From Phoronis australis (lineage: Eukaryota; Animalia; Phoronida), in the NCBI GenBank assembly GCA_002633005.1, contig NMRA01000003.1, forward strand, positions 2,282,075 to 2,346,074: a stretch of DNA of 64,000 bases, written 5' to 3'. The notes beneath the pieces are model-generated. The model saw only the letters and a list, made by a program, of their open reading frames with translations. It was not told the DNA's origin and did not search any database. A program made the position numbers and the translations under genes. Position 1 is the stretch's first letter. Each line of letters begins with the position of its first letter. This document shows, piece after piece, positions 63,271 to 64,000 of the stretch.

Positions 63271-64000
63271 CTGAAAAAATTACCAGCAAACGATCAAAAG
63301 CTAATTTATGTCATGCGTTGGTTTTGAACGAAATAAAAATCAAAAGAGTAATAAGAAGTATAAGGATACAGTAAAATATCAATTTCAGACAAAAAATTCC
63401 AAAGCTGGTCAATCAGTTTCCATTTTTTCAAATTTTAAAGCTTCAAAAATTATTGTGAATGCTTACAGCTTCTCAAAAGATTGTTTGATACTAGCTGTAG
63501 AATAGAACTTAATCATGCTCAAAGCAATTATTTGATGAAAATGAAAAAATAAATTTCACTTGTCCACCATATTGTGTCCAAAACTGGTGAGATATTACTG
63601 TAACCAAAGACAACATGGATATTCTTGCAATCTATGGTGCAACAATGGTCCACAGTCATTAAACTCAAGACAACATAGACTAGTGTCTCTCACAAAATGC
63701 TGGAATACATATTCAGTGGTTGAAAACATCTAGACACCTTAAGTTAATGCTAACAGTGTTCATCATCTGAATTCGGATCATTAACTGTTCGCAACATTTT
63801 GTATGTTGACGCATATCATCATTAAACAAATTACCAACAGAATAACGACAGAACGACAATTTATTTAGCACCAGTAGCTAATAATAGTTTACTCCAGGAA
63901 CAGTTTAGTTTTAAATAACTTTATTTTTATTCTAGTATTTTACCCACAGTAGTCCAAAGCTGTATATTTATATCAAGACTAAGCCAATGTAGCCAGCTAG

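Overview
AT-rich, intron-containing eukaryotic DNA, most likely an invertebrate animal (probably lophotrochozoan; taxon is inferred from gene and repeat style only). Three conserved multi-exon genes were rebuilt by hand with phase-consistent GT-AG junctions, all on the minus strand: the 5' part of a type I fatty acid synthase (14 coding exons, KS-MAT-DH, running off the left edge), a complete PICK1 (10 coding exons, 414 aa, with candidate alternative N-terminal exons) and most of IFT27/RABL4 (6 exons, first exon beyond the right edge). Between FASN and PICK1 lies a frameshifted, insertion-split gene for an acidic repeat protein. Between PICK1 and IFT27 lies an intronless plus-strand gene for a single-pass membrane protein with KCNE/MinK-like spacing. 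The rest holds MITEs (some with 5- or 6-bp TSDs or internal minisatellites), Helentron-like elements, a SINE, a LINE remnant and tandem repeats. I found no CRISPR array, rRNA or intact tRNA, and no unambiguous new multi-gene system. The best leads are the KCNE-like gene, the PICK1 alternative N-termini and triplicated splice donor, and the repeat-protein pseudogene.
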